64,000 nt of DNA from Candidatus Marinacidobacterales bacterium (GTDB lineage: Bacteria; Acidobacteriota; Vicinamibacteria; Marinacidobacterales; SMYC01): positions 3,456,001-3,520,000 of the forward strand of contig OZ250169.1 of assembly GCA_965237955.1 (NCBI GenBank). Reading direction: 5' to 3'. A program made the translations under genes and the position numbers. The notes beneath the pieces are model-generated. The model saw nothing but the letters and a program-made list of their open reading frames with translations. It was not told where the DNA came from and made no database searches. How positions within the stretch are numbered: position 1 is the first letter of the stretch; the number at the start of each line of letters is the position of its first letter. Positions 51,064 to 61,390 of this stretch are shown piece after piece.

Positions 51064-52647
51064 ATGCTCGAGAATAATCCTCTTCCTTGGAATATCCCCA
51101 TCCTGTCGATAGTCGTGTGGTTTCCCGCGGTGGGTGCTCTCTTCATCATGCTCTTCATGAACAAGACCCAGGAGAACGCGATCAAGTGGGCGGCGAACAT
51201 CATCACCTTCGTAGGGTTTCTCTTCTCGCTGGTGCTGTGGTTCTACTTCGACAACATGCTTCAGTTCCAGTTTGTAGAGAAATACGAGTGGATCCGGACC
51301 ATCGGCGTCAGCTACCACTTCGGCTTAGATGGCATCAGCTTGCTGCTCGTCCTGATGACGACGCTGCTGGGATTCATCTCGGTATTGTCGTCGTGGAACG
51401 CCATCACCGATCGCGTCAAGCAGTACTACGTCTTCCTGCTGCTGCTGCAGACCGGCATGCTCGGCGTCTTCGTCGCGCTCGACTTCTTTCTCTTCTACGT
51501 GTTCTGGGAAGTCATGCTGGTGCCGATGTACTTCCTGATCGGTGTTTGGGGCGGCCCGCGTAAACTCTACGCGGCGATCAAGTTCTTCTTGTACACCCTC
51601 GTGGGGAGCGTCCTAATACTCCTCGGAATCCTCGCACTCTATTTCGCGTACGGCGCCGAGACAGGGAAGGATCCTACGTTCAACATCCTCGAGCTCTGGA
51701 CCGTCGACTACGACCCAAACCTCCAGTTCTGGGTCTTCCTCGCCTTCTTCATCGGGTTCGCGATCAAAGTGCCGATGTTCCCGTTCCACACGTGGCTTCC
51801 CGACGCGCACGTCGAAGCTCCGACCGCGGGCTCGGTGATTCTCGCGGGCGTTCTCCTGAAAATGGGAACCTATGGGTTCGTGCGGTTCTCGCTGCCGCTT
51901 TTGCCGGATGCGACCAAGGACGCGGTGTGGTGGGTCCTCGCGTTGTCGATCATCGGCATCATCTACGGGGCGCTGGTGGCGATGGTCCAGCCGGACTGGA
52001 AAAAGCTCGTCGCTTATAGCTCGGTGAGCCATCTCGGCTTCGTCATGCTCGGCGTGTTTGCCCTCACCCATCTGGGCATTCAGGGCGGCATCCTCCAGAT
52101 GATCAACCATGGCCTTTCGACGGGCGGGCTCTTCTTGATCGTCGGCATCATGTACGAGCAGACCCACAAGCGGGAGATAGCCGCTTACGGCGGAATCGCG
52201 AAGGTCGTTCCGGTTTTCGGGGCATTGTTCCTCGTCATCGCTCTCGCGTCGATGGGACTGCCACTGCTCAACGGTTTCATCGGAGAGTTCATGATCTTGC
52301 AGGGGGCGTTTGCGAGCCAGTACGCCGGCTGGGTCTACGCCGCGTTCGCGGTTTCCGGCATCGTTCTCGGCGCCGCCTACTTGCTGTGGCTCTATCAGCG
52401 GGTGATGTTCGGCAAGCTCGACAAGCCCGAGAACGAGAAGCTCAAGGACCTGAGCTGGCGCGAGCAAGCGACGCTTTGGCCGATCGTGGCGCTTTGCATC
52501 TTCATCGGCGTCTATCCCAAACCGTTTCTCGAGCCGCTGCGCGTACCCGTCGACGCGATCATGGATCGCATCGAAGGTCCGAGGACCGCGGGGTTGCCAC
52601 CCGTCGGGCTCGACGAAGAGGTTCAGGAAGAGGCCGCGGCGAACTAA
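51064..52647 (+). CDS. nuoM: NADH:quinone oxidoreductase subunit M
   Basis: FYVFWEVMLVPMY, KVPMFPFHTWLPDAHVEAPT, LKMGTYG, AYSSVSHLG. Confidence 0.96.
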   Translation: MLENNPLPWNIPILSIVVWFPAVGALFIMLFMNKTQENAIKWAANIITFVGFLFSLVLWFYFDNMLQFQFVEKYEWIRTIGVSYHFGLDGISLLLVLMTTLLGFISVLSSWNAITDRVKQYYVFLLLLQTGMLGVFVALDFFLFYVFWEVMLVPMYFLIGVWGGPRKLYAAIKFFLYTLVGSVLILLGILALYFAYGAETGKDPTFNILELWTVDYDPNLQFWVFLAFFIGFAIKVPMFPFHTWLPDAHVEAPTAGSVILAGVLLKMGTYGFVRFSLPLLPDATKDAVWWVLALSIIGIIYGALVAMVQPDWKKLVAYSSVSHLGFVMLGVFALTHLGIQGGILQMINHGLSTGGLFLIVGIMYEQTHKREIAAYGGIAKVVPVFGALFLVIALASMGLPLLNGFIGEFMILQGAFASQYAGWVYAAFAVSGIVLGAAYLLWLYQRVMFGKLDKPENEKLKDLSWREQATLWPIVALCIFIGVYPKPFLEPLRVPVDAIMDRIEGPRTAGLPPVGLDEEVQEEAAAN

Positions 52648-52672
52648 ATATCCGTTCCCGACGGAGGTTTGA

Positions 52673-52906
52673 ATGGCCCAGGACGACAAACGGCCTGCGG
52701 TCTCTCCCCGCGCGCGGATCTATAACCTTACGTCGCTGGCGTTCACGTTCCCCGTATCTATCGCGGTCGGGGCCGGGATTGGCTACTACCTGGACGGGAA
52801 GCTCGGCACGTTCCCGTGGCTTTCTATCGTCTTTCTCTTAATAGGCGTCGCCGCCGGTTTCCTGAGCCTCCTCCGTGCGGTGAAAGCGTTCGACAGGCAA
52901 GATTGA
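52673..52906 (+). CDS. AtpZ/AtpI-family protein
   Basis: GAGIGYYLDGKLGTFPW...G..AGF. Confidence 0.88.
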   Translation: MAQDDKRPAVSPRARIYNLTSLAFTFPVSIAVGAGIGYYLDGKLGTFPWLSIVFLLIGVAAGFLSLLRAVKAFDRQD

Positions 52907-53304
52907 ACCTAGCACTCGCCCCCGACGCGTCCCTCGCCCGGCTTCGACGCCACGCTATCTGGGCGGCGGGAATCTTCGCGCTCACAGGCCTTGCGTTCGG
53001 ACTCCGGTTCTTTCTCGGCGCGCTCGCGGGCGGGGTGTTCGCGATAGCGAACTTGGAAGCGATCGCTCGGCTGGTCGGCAAACTCACGGGGGACAAGCCC
53101 GGATCGGTCTCGTGGCTAGGGGTCTTCGGAGTGCTATTTCGCTATATCTTGTTGTGTATCGCCCTGTTTGTTATAATTGGGGTTTGGCATGCGAACGTCG
53201 TTGCCGTGGCTCTCGGCTTTTCTGCGCCGGTGGCCGCGGTTTTCGTCGAGTGTGGCCTCTATGCTTACCAGGAGTTCAAAGCGGAGCGTGAACCACGGCA
53301 GTAA
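52903..53304 (+). CDS. atpI: ATP synthase protein I
   Basis: Four TM helices, G..LAGG..A.AN; between atpZ and atpB. Confidence 0.78.
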   Translation: MNLALAPDASLARLRRHAIWAAGIFALTGLAFGLRFFLGALAGGVFAIANLEAIARLVGKLTGDKPGSVSWLGVFGVLFRYILLCIALFVIIGVWHANVVAVALGFSAPVAAVFVECGLYAYQEFKAEREPRQ

Positions 53305-53391
53305 CGATTACGACGAGGCCTGACACCTCTCCCGCAGTCGAATTATTTCCCCTCTCACGAAAAACACAAATCGAATGACTAGCATTTAGTT

Positions 53392-54087
53392 ATGGAGCGG
53401 TTAGAGCACAAGTCGTTCATTTACGAGTGGCTCGAGCACACGTACCATCACGAAGTGCTGCCCGATCATTTGATCATGGCGTTCTTCGTTGCGGCTGTGC
53501 TCACCGGATTCGCGCGCTGGTTCAGGAGTGTTATCAGCGTCGAGAACCCCGGGAAGCTCCAGCTCTTTTGCGAGACCATCGTGGGCACGCTCGACGACAT
53601 GCTGCTCGACAACATCGGTACGAAGGGAAGACCCTTTCTAGGTCTCGTCGGCACTCTGGGTTTGTTCATCGTCGTATGTAACTTGATAGGACTCGTACCT
53701 TACTTCTCGTCACCGACGGTCAATTTGAACTTTACCGTCGGTTGCGCCGTCGTCGCCTTTCTGTATTACAACTACCAGGGCATTCGCGCCCAGGGTGCGG
53801 GACGCTACTTCAAGCACTTTCTCGGTCCGCTGCCGATCCTCGCGCCGCTGATGTTGCCCATCGAGATCATCAGCCACTTCAGCCGCATGGTGTCGCTGTC
53901 GCTACGTCTGTTCGGCAACATCTTCGGTGAAGAGCTCGTCATCGCTTCGCTCGCGTTCATGGTCGCGTGGCTCGTTCCCGTACCCATGATGTTGTTCGGA
54001 GTTTTTGGTGGCCTGCTGCAGGCCTTCGTTTTCATCATGTTGACCATGGTCTATCTCGGCGGCGCCGTCGCTTCCGAGGAGCACTGA
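53392..54087 (+). CDS. atpB: FoF1 ATP synthase subunit a
   Basis: NLIGLVP, SLSLRLFGNI, LQAFVFIML. Confidence 0.96.
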   Translation: MERLEHKSFIYEWLEHTYHHEVLPDHLIMAFFVAAVLTGFARWFRSVISVENPGKLQLFCETIVGTLDDMLLDNIGTKGRPFLGLVGTLGLFIVVCNLIGLVPYFSSPTVNLNFTVGCAVVAFLYYNYQGIRAQGAGRYFKHFLGPLPILAPLMLPIEIISHFSRMVSLSLRLFGNIFGEELVIASLAFMVAWLVPVPMMLFGVFGGLLQAFVFIMLTMVYLGGAVASEEH

Positions 54088-54132
54088 TTCTGCGAGCTCG
54101 TGACTCGTGTGCCATCCCAAGGAGGAACTCTG

Positions 54133-54492
54133 GTGATTAGAAAAGTTGTGCTGGCAATTTTCGTTTCGCTCGCCGTTGTCATGTTGGCGGCTCCGGCGTT
54201 CGCCCAGGTTCAAGAATATGGGCAGGGACACGTGCCCATCGACGGTTGGTCGTCGCAAATGTACAGTTGGGCTTTGTTCTCGGGCGCCTTCGCACTCGGT
54301 ATCGCCGCGGGCCTCGCTGCGCTCGCCCAGAGCCGGGCCATCGCCGCCGCCTGCGACGGTATCTCTCGAAACCCGGGCGCATCGCCACAAATCCGTTTCG
54401 CGCTCATTCTCGGCTTGGCACTCATCGAGTCTCTCGTCATCTACGTGTTGCTCATCGCCTTCATCATCTTCCTGGTGCTCTGGGGCGGCTAG
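54133..54492 (+). CDS. atpE: FoF1 ATP synthase subunit c with signal-peptide-like extension
   Basis: RNP loop, LALIESLVIY; AAGGAGG RBS. Confidence 0.95.
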   Translation: MIRKVVLAIFVSLAVVMLAAPAFAQVQEYGQGHVPIDGWSSQMYSWALFSGAFALGIAAGLAALAQSRAIAAACDGISRNPGASPQIRFALILGLALIESLVIYVLLIAFIIFLVLWGG

Positions 54493-55645
54493 GCTTTCGG
54501 CCCAGCCAGTAGAAAATCAGCAAAGCGTAGGGCACAAAATACTGGGCAAAGCCCAGCCAAAAACTGAAGCTTCCCGCCTCGATCGCTGCATAAGTCATCG
54601 GCGCCGTCGCGGTGAACGCGAGCCACCCGCGGTTCGTCGAGTGCGCCGCGAGATAGGCGAAAGCGACGAAGGCCCACGGAAGCACCTGGGTTGAGACGAG
54701 CACGAAGCTTCCCAGGACCAACAGCGCTTCGTACGGAATGAGCGCATCATCCGACCAACGCGCCGTCGAGAGCGCCACGAAAAGAGCCCACGCCGCGAGA
54801 GTGATAGCGAGGGGAATCGAATCGTTTCGGGTCAAGAAGAGGTTTGCGAGAGCGACCAGTGCCGGGGTGATGCTTCCGCCGAGAGCGCCTTCGGGCGGCC
54901 ACCCGGCGCGCTCGATCCAAGTCGTTTCGGGAAACGCAAGACTCCACGCGAGAAGCGCGAGGCCGAGTGCGAGCACCAGGCGTGCACGCACTGCTTTCGC
55001 CACGAGCGGTAACGAGGCGACGAGCATGAGAGGACCACTGAGGCTCACGCCGTACACGATCGCTGCCGGCCAGCGCGCGCCCTTTTGGATGAGCCGGAGC
55101 GAGAGCAAGAACAGCATGAAAGCGACGACTTCGATGCGACCGCTCCCCGCGACTTCTTTGATGACGAGGGGGTTCCAACCGTGGATGATGGCAGCACCGA
55201 GCGGAACCCGCGCCGCCTTCAAGAGGCTGGGCGCGAGCGCCAACGCACCGAGGTCACAGGCGATCGCGACGACGCGCTCGGCCGCGAGCCCGAGCTCGAG
55301 CCTCACCACCAATGCCGTTAGAGGGCTGGGTCCGTAGAGGAAAACGCTGGGAGCGGCGTGATCGAAGCCGCTCCCTAGGAACAGGGCCGCTCGAAAGAGA
55401 ATCGAAGTGATAAAGATGATGGCAAAGAAACTGCCCTCACGACGCCCAGCCGCGACGCGCACGGCGATGACGTAGACAACGAACAGTGCTACCCAGATCC
55501 CAATAAACTCGACCGACGCCTCAAAAAGCCGAGGCCGATACCACTGAGCGAAGAGTCGACTCTCCGGTCCCACATCACTACGAACCGCAAGAAGCGCGTA
55601 AAGCGACACCGAAACGAGAGAGAGAAAAACGAGCCTGAAACGCAC
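54464..55645 (-). CDS. Membrane protein, degenerate GT87-like paralog
   Basis: [16 protein letters not shown] and VLPWA resemble the 27652-28971 gene, but the DD.RY motif is absent; start uncertain. Confidence 0.6.
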   Translation of the reverse strand: MRFRLVFLSLVSVSLYALLAVRSDVGPESRLFAQWYRPRLFEASVEFIGIWVALFVVYVIAVRVAAGRREGSFFAIIFITSILFRAALFLGSGFDHAAPSVFLYGPSPLTALVVRLELGLAAERVVAIACDLGALALAPSLLKAARVPLGAAIIHGWNPLVIKEVAGSGRIEVVAFMLFLLSLRLIQKGARWPAAIVYGVSLSGPLMLVASLPLVAKAVRARLVLALGLALLAWSLAFPETTWIERAGWPPEGALGGSITPALVALANLFLTRNDSIPLAITLAAWALFVALSTARWSDDALIPYEALLVLGSFVLVSTQVLPWAFVAFAYLAAHSTNRGWLAFTATAPMTYAAIEAGSFSFWLGFAQYFVPYALLIFYWLGRKPSRPRAPGR

Positions 55646-55754
55646 GGAAGAAAGCAATCTACCACCGATTGGCGCATCCGAGCGCAGACGAGTAAACTCA
55701 CAACCGGCTGATGGCCGATGGCTGATGGCCGATGGCCGAATTGGAGGCACAGGC

Positions 55755-56822
55755 TTGTTCGAAACAATCCGCTGGGACGGCGATGCCGTCGTTCTCATCG
55801 ATCAGAGATATCTGCCCGGCAAGGAGGACTATCTTGCCTGCAAGAGCGCCGATGCTGTGGCCGAGGCGATCAAGGACATGGTCGTTCGCGGCGCTCCGGC
55901 CATCGGGGTGACGGCCGCGTTCGGAATCGCGCTCGGTCTGAAACAATCGGGCGCCAAAGATATCGAGAGTCTGCGCGAGTCTATGGAGTCGCTTTCGACG
56001 TTGATGGCGGCCACCCGTCCGACGGCCGTCAATCTTTTTTGGGCTATCGAGCGCATGAAGAAACGCTTCGATGAGCTCGTTTCCGACGGCGTCGACCATG
56101 TCGACAACCTCGACAATATTATCAGGGGGATGGAGGCCGAGGCGGTTGCCATCCAGAAGGAAGACATCGAGATCAACCATCGCATGGGAGCGCACGGCGC
56201 CGAGCTCGTTCCCGACGGCGCACGAATCCTGACGCACTGCAACGCGGGTGCGCTCGCGACCGCCGGCTATGGGACAGCGCTCGGCGTCATGTACGCCGCC
56301 AAGGCAGCGGGCAAAAAGATCGAGGTCTTCGCCGACGAGACCCGACCGTTTCTTCAGGGGGCCCGTCTGACGGCGTGGGAGCTCGCAAAAGATAATATCC
56401 CCGTCACCGTCATTACCGACAACATGGCCGGCTATTTCATGGCGAAGGGCGAGATCGACATGGTGATCCTCGGCTCGGATCGGATCGCCGGAAACGGCGA
56501 CGTGTGCAACAAGATCGGCACCTACTCGGTCGCGGTGCTCGCGAAAGAGCACGGGATACCTTTTTATGCAGTGGCGCCGACGTCGACGTTCGATTTGTCG
56601 ATCTCGTCGGGAAAAGAGATCCCGATCGAAGAGCGCTCGCCCGACGAGGTCACCCACGTGCACGGCGTCCGCCTCGCACCGGAAGGTGTCGCCGTCAGGA
56701 ACCCGGCGTTCGACGTCACTCCCGCCCGGCTCGTGACCGCGATCGTGTGCGAGAACGGTGTCGCGAAAGCACCGTTCACGGAGTCCCTGAGCCGCCTTGC
56801 GAAGAGCGAGCGAGCTGCTTAG
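55755..56822 (+). CDS. mtnA: S-methyl-5-thioribose-1-phosphate isomerase
   Basis: [47 protein letters not shown]. Confidence 0.96.
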   Translation: MFETIRWDGDAVVLIDQRYLPGKEDYLACKSADAVAEAIKDMVVRGAPAIGVTAAFGIALGLKQSGAKDIESLRESMESLSTLMAATRPTAVNLFWAIERMKKRFDELVSDGVDHVDNLDNIIRGMEAEAVAIQKEDIEINHRMGAHGAELVPDGARILTHCNAGALATAGYGTALGVMYAAKAAGKKIEVFADETRPFLQGARLTAWELAKDNIPVTVITDNMAGYFMAKGEIDMVILGSDRIAGNGDVCNKIGTYSVAVLAKEHGIPFYAVAPTSTFDLSISSGKEIPIEERSPDEVTHVHGVRLAPEGVAVRNPAFDVTPARLVTAIVCENGVAKAPFTESLSRLAKSERAA

Positions 56823-56836
56823 GGGCACGTAGCAGG

Positions 56837-57895
56837 ATGCTCCTCCTCGGCATCGAGAGCTCCTGCGACGAGACTTCAGCAGCCGTCGTCGAAGACGGTC
56901 GACGCATTCTCTCGAACGTGGTCGCGTCGCAAGACGACGTTCACGCTCCCTTCGGCGGCGTCGTACCCGAGCTCGCGTCCCGGCAACATCTAAAGAAGAT
57001 CGGACCGGTCGTCGATCGCGCGCTGAAAGACGCATCGCTTCGGCTTTCCGACATCGACGCTCTTGCCGTGACCCAAGGACCCGGGCTCATCGGCTCGCTT
57101 GTCGTCGGGGTATCGTTCGCGAAATCGATCGCGTACGCCCGAGGCGTGCCGCTCGTCGCGGTCGACCACCTCGAGGGCCATATCCGCGCCGTCTATCTCG
57201 AGAGTGGGGAACCGATTCCACATCCCGCGATATCGCTCGTCGTCTCCGGCGGCCACACCAGCCTCTTCCTGATGGAAGAAGAAGCGACCTACGAGCTCCT
57301 CGCGAAGACGCGCGATGACGCTGCCGGGGAGGCGTACGACAAAGTCGCGAAAAAGCTCGGGCTCGGCTACCCGGGAGGGCCGGTTCTCGATCGACTGGCG
57401 CGTCTCGGCGATCCGCGGGCGTTCGAGTTCTCGCTGCCCAAATTCTCCGATGGCAGCGAAGACTTCAGCTTCAGCGGCTTGAAGTCGGCGGTGCTGCGCG
57501 CGATCCACGAGCGTCCGGTGCCACCGCTCGACGTCAGCGAAGACCCGGAGACGCGTCGTGACGTCTGCGATCTCGCCGCGAGCTTTCAAAGGACCGTCGT
57601 CAAGTTGCTGACCACCCGCACCGAGAGTGCGGTGAAACGGCATCGCGCTCGGGCGATTCTCGTCTCGGGCGGTGTCGCCGCGAACCGCGAGCTGAGGGAA
57701 ACCTTCGAAACGTTGAGCCGCAAGCTTTCGATCCCGGCGCTCTTTCCGAGTGTTGCGATGTCGACCGACAACGCGGCTATGATCGCCGCCGCCGGCTATT
57801 TGAAGATCCAGCGGAACGAGGTGTCGGATTTGGGGCTCAATGCGGACGTCGAGCTCCGGCTCGGCGAAGCGGGGGAGCGTCGCGGCCGCCGCTAA
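56837..57895 (+). CDS. tsaD: tRNA threonylcarbamoyltransferase TsaD
   Basis: GIESSCDET, GGVVPE, HLEGH, DDAAGEAYDK, TDNAAMIA. Confidence 0.97.
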   Translation: MLLLGIESSCDETSAAVVEDGRRILSNVVASQDDVHAPFGGVVPELASRQHLKKIGPVVDRALKDASLRLSDIDALAVTQGPGLIGSLVVGVSFAKSIAYARGVPLVAVDHLEGHIRAVYLESGEPIPHPAISLVVSGGHTSLFLMEEEATYELLAKTRDDAAGEAYDKVAKKLGLGYPGGPVLDRLARLGDPRAFEFSLPKFSDGSEDFSFSGLKSAVLRAIHERPVPPLDVSEDPETRRDVCDLAASFQRTVVKLLTTRTESAVKRHRARAILVSGGVAANRELRETFETLSRKLSIPALFPSVAMSTDNAAMIAAAGYLKIQRNEVSDLGLNADVELRLGEAGERRGRR

Positions 57896-57968
57896 TCGCT
57901 GAGATGGAATCCATTCTACGCGCTCACATCGGCTTGACCAGCTTTTCCGCGGCGGCTAGGATGAAGAT

Positions 57969-59240
57969 ATGTGGAGGATGGCGATCGGTCCGGCCGTAGC
58001 TTTGGGGATGACCGCTGTGGCCAGCGGGCAATACCAGACCGGCAAGGTAACGCGGGTGTCGGTCGAAGACCTCGCCTCGACCGGCATGAGGTACCACGAG
58101 CAACTCGTCATCACCAAAGGTGAGGTCCGGCACGGCGACTTCCAAGACCAGGGCAACAAAATTTTCGAGCTCCGGGGCGAAGATTCCCTGCGCTCGGTCC
58201 GGATCGCGACCCTGCCGAACTCCTTTGAGAACCTGGACCTCATGGCGGGGCAGGACGTCGAGCTCACCGGTATTTTTTTCGATCTCAGCTCCATTTTCGA
58301 GCCTCAATATCATCCTGTTCTGGCCTACTTTCCCGGTGTCGTCCGCGGCGACAACAGCTTCGACAAGCAAAACTTCATCGCGATCACGAGCATCGAGATC
58401 ATAGTTGATCTCGAGAGCGACCTTATTCCGGACACCACCGGAGAAGAGAGCGACATCGAGGACCCGGACATCCTCGTCTCGGACGTGCTCCAAGTCGATT
58501 TGCGCGAGCTCGTCAAGGAGCCGGAAAAGTACACCGACCGCGAGATCGCCGTGCTCGGAAAGTTCCGGGGGAACAACCTCTACGGGGATTTATCCATCCG
58601 CGACAAACGGACACCGCGCGACTTCGTCATCAAGACCGCCAATGCAGCGATCTGGGTGACGGGAAGGCGACCGCGCGGAAAAGGGTTCAAGCTCGACGCC
58701 AGGAAACGGCGCGACACCGGCAAGTGGCTGATGGTGATCGGCACGACCTGGAAGTACGAACCCACCGGCACCTACTATCTTCGCGCCGCGAAGGTCGAGA
58801 TTGCGGAAAAGCCGGACGACAAAGACCTGACTCCGGTGAAGGTCGTCCACGAGAAGAAATTGAAGCTCGGCCCTCCTCCCGAGGTGACGTTCAGCCTGCC
58901 ACTGGCCGGCGAGCGCGGCATCCCCCTGGACTCCGTGTTCCACGTGCAGTTCTCGAACGACATGAAGCGCGAGAGCTTCAACCGCAACGTCGACCTGCTC
59001 TACTTTGACGACGACGGCATCGGCAATCCGTTCCCCGAGCTCGAGGTGTCGTACGACGACAACAACCGCACGCTGACGGTCCTACCCAATAAACGGCTCG
59101 AGCCCGGAAAAGATATCCGGCTCATCCTCTACGACGCCATCGAAGACGACGACGGTCAGAAGATTGTTCCGGATCCTAGTGCTGGGGAGATCGAGGCAGG
59201 GGCGGCAGTTATCTTGACGTTCGCGACTGCGTCACGCTAG
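57969..59240 (+). CDS. Secreted protein with a C-terminal Ig-like (Big_5-type) domain
   Basis: Signal peptide; PPEVTFSLP...VQFSNDM...LTVLP...TFAT tail. Confidence 0.7.
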   Translation: MWRMAIGPAVALGMTAVASGQYQTGKVTRVSVEDLASTGMRYHEQLVITKGEVRHGDFQDQGNKIFELRGEDSLRSVRIATLPNSFENLDLMAGQDVELTGIFFDLSSIFEPQYHPVLAYFPGVVRGDNSFDKQNFIAITSIEIIVDLESDLIPDTTGEESDIEDPDILVSDVLQVDLRELVKEPEKYTDREIAVLGKFRGNNLYGDLSIRDKRTPRDFVIKTANAAIWVTGRRPRGKGFKLDARKRRDTGKWLMVIGTTWKYEPTGTYYLRAAKVEIAEKPDDKDLTPVKVVHEKKLKLGPPPEVTFSLPLAGERGIPLDSVFHVQFSNDMKRESFNRNVDLLYFDDDGIGNPFPELEVSYDDNNRTLTVLPNKRLEPGKDIRLILYDAIEDDDGQKIVPDPSAGEIEAGAAVILTFATASR

Positions 59241-59246
59241 TGATCC

Positions 59247-59342
59247 GCCATCAGCCGCCGGCCATCAGCTATCATCGGAGACGCGTCGTTCGAGCTTCGA
59301 CGGCGCTGGCGTGCTGATGGCCGATGGCTGACGGCTGATGGC
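59247..59342. repeat. Inverted heptamer (GCCATCR)n element
   Basis: GCCATCAGCCGCCGGCCATCAGCTATC ... GCTGATGGCCGATGGCTGACGGCTGATGGC. Confidence 0.75.
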
Positions 59343-59347
59343 GACAG

Positions 59348-61282
59348 CTAGTCGCTTTCCGGCGGTATAGGCTTCCCGCGATTCTCTGCTTTATCCCGGT
59401 ACATCCGCTCGTCGGCGAGGTGGATTAGCTCTTCCTTCGTCGGGGCTTCCGTGGGGAACGTCGACAGGCCGATACTCGCGCCGAGGCGGGCGTTGATGCC
59501 CTCTTCCTTGAGGTACGTCGTGCGCAGGATGAGCTGGCGTATCCGCTCGCCGAGCCGTTTCGCTTGTGGGTAGTCGGTATCGGGCAGGATCACGACGAAC
59601 TCGTCTCCGCCGTACCGGGCGGCGATATCCGTCTCACGGATGGCGGCTCGCAACAGAAACCCTACTTCACGAAGCACCTTGCTCCCGCGAAGATGACCGT
59701 GGCTATCGTTGATCTGCTTGAACTTGTCGAGATCGATGAACAACAAGCTGAGACGCGACTTGTGTCGCGTCACGAGCTTGAGCTCGCGCTCGAGCGCCTG
59801 GTGGAAGTAGCGGAAGTTGAAGAGCGAGCTCACGTCGTCGAGGATCGACGTTTCCTTCGTCTGCTGGTACAGCTTGACGTTCTCGATCGCGACCGAGAGC
59901 TGCTTCGACAACTGCGTGAGCAAGGGTAGATCTTTTTCGGAGAACGCGTGTTTCTCCTTGGAGCCGACACCGAAGGTGCCGGCGACGTGCCCCCTCGAGT
60001 CGAGCGGCAGCAGAATGTAGGAGCGGATACCGTCCTCGTAAAGGAATTGATCTTCGATGAAGCGTCGCTGAGATTGCGTATCCGGATGGATGAAGTGGGT
60101 CTCGTTGAGAACCACCCAGCCGGGCCCGGTGCCGACGACGGGAACGAGAGACTCCATCCCCCAACCGGTGTCGCGCGAGCCCGACGCGAAAATCCTCAAG
60201 TAACTTCCGGTTGCATCGAGAAACGCGACCGAGAGGCGATCGAAGTCGATGAGTTTCTTCATCTCGGTGGCGAACGCATCGAACACTTCTTCGATCTGGA
60301 GGCTCGACGAGATGATCCGAGCGATGTTGTTGAGGACTGTGATCTGTTTCGTCTGGCGCATGGTCCGCTGGAACAACACCTCGTTTTCGGCGGCGATGCC
60401 GATTTGAACACCGATGGTCTTGAACAAATCGAAGTCGAACGTCGGGAACAACTGCTGGGTGGCAATGGCCAGATGCATCACACCGAGCACGTGGTCTTTG
60501 CTCTTGAGTGGCACGCCCGCCACCGCGCCCACGTCGCTGCGATCCTGGAGAAGCGCGCGGAGCCTCGGTTCCCGATCGAGCGAGTCGAGCAGGATCGGCT
60601 CACCGCTTTCCAAAACCCGGCTTGCGAGCTCACAGGTATCGAGTGGGAGTACGTTCCCCGTTGGCTCCACCGTGTTCTCTCCACGAAAACTCGCAAGCCG
60701 AAACGCGCTCGCCTCCTGCTCGTACACGAGCACCTCACCGTAGACGCTGCCACTCGCTTCCATGATGACTCGAAGCGAGCCTGCGAGAATCTCCGAAAGC
60801 TCGAGCGACTTGCTGAGTGCGGACGAGAGTGAGTTCAACGCGGTGAGCTTGTGGCTCTGAAACAACACTTCGCGTTGTAACAGGCGCTCTTCGCTGAGAT
60901 CGCGGAAGTAGACGAGCACGGCTTTGCGCTCGTCGAACCCAATCACCTGTCCCCGGACTTCGACGGGAACCGGGCCTTCGTCCTCGGTCTCGATGGGCAA
61001 GTCGTCGTACGAGAAACCGCGCTTGCCGAGAAACTTCTGGAAGTGCTCGATCGCACGCTCGCGGCTCGCGCGAGGATGAAAATCCTCGATCCGGCGGTCG
61101 AGAAGCTCCTTCCGGTCGCAGCCGGTAAGGGCTTGGGCGGCTTTGTTGGCGTCGAGACAGAGACGGTTGGATGCGTCGAACAGAAAGGTAGCGACGGACG
61201 CCCGCTCGAACGCGGCACGGTACTCCCATTTAGAGGACTCGTGCCTGTCACCCCGAAAGGGCTGAAGAATCGGTTTTGCCAT
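59348..61282 (-). CDS. PAS-GAF-GAF diguanylate cyclase
   Basis: DLDKFKQINDSHGH, RETD I-site, RYGGDEF. Confidence 0.93.
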   Translation of the reverse strand: MAKPILQPFRGDRHESSKWEYRAAFERASVATFLFDASNRLCLDANKAAQALTGCDRKELLDRRIEDFHPRASRERAIEHFQKFLGKRGFSYDDLPIETEDEGPVPVEVRGQVIGFDERKAVLVYFRDLSEERLLQREVLFQSHKLTALNSLSSALSKSLELSEILAGSLRVIMEASGSVYGEVLVYEQEASAFRLASFRGENTVEPTGNVLPLDTCELASRVLESGEPILLDSLDREPRLRALLQDRSDVGAVAGVPLKSKDHVLGVMHLAIATQQLFPTFDFDLFKTIGVQIGIAAENEVLFQRTMRQTKQITVLNNIARIISSSLQIEEVFDAFATEMKKLIDFDRLSVAFLDATGSYLRIFASGSRDTGWGMESLVPVVGTGPGWVVLNETHFIHPDTQSQRRFIEDQFLYEDGIRSYILLPLDSRGHVAGTFGVGSKEKHAFSEKDLPLLTQLSKQLSVAIENVKLYQQTKETSILDDVSSLFNFRYFHQALERELKLVTRHKSRLSLLFIDLDKFKQINDSHGHLRGSKVLREVGFLLRAAIRETDIAARYGGDEFVVILPDTDYPQAKRLGERIRQLILRTTYLKEEGINARLGASIGLSTFPTEAPTKEELIHLADERMYRDKAENRGKPIPPESD

Positions 61283-61390
61283 CCCACGTGTTCCCGCGAG
61301 ACAATAGGGGGGGAAGTCGCCTCGTAACAATAGCATAGCGGAGATGAGCCGGAATGGTCAAGGAACGGCTCGTGTTATAACTTAGAAGAG

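Noticed and set aside
48970-52647. Mrp antiporter or DabAB carbon pump
   Set aside because: Sequences carry NuoL/NuoM-type motifs; no mrpB/C/E/F/G or DUF2309 partner
52673-54492. N-ATPase operon
   Set aside because: No atpD/C/F/A/G in N-ATPase order; fits the ordinary split Fo gene block
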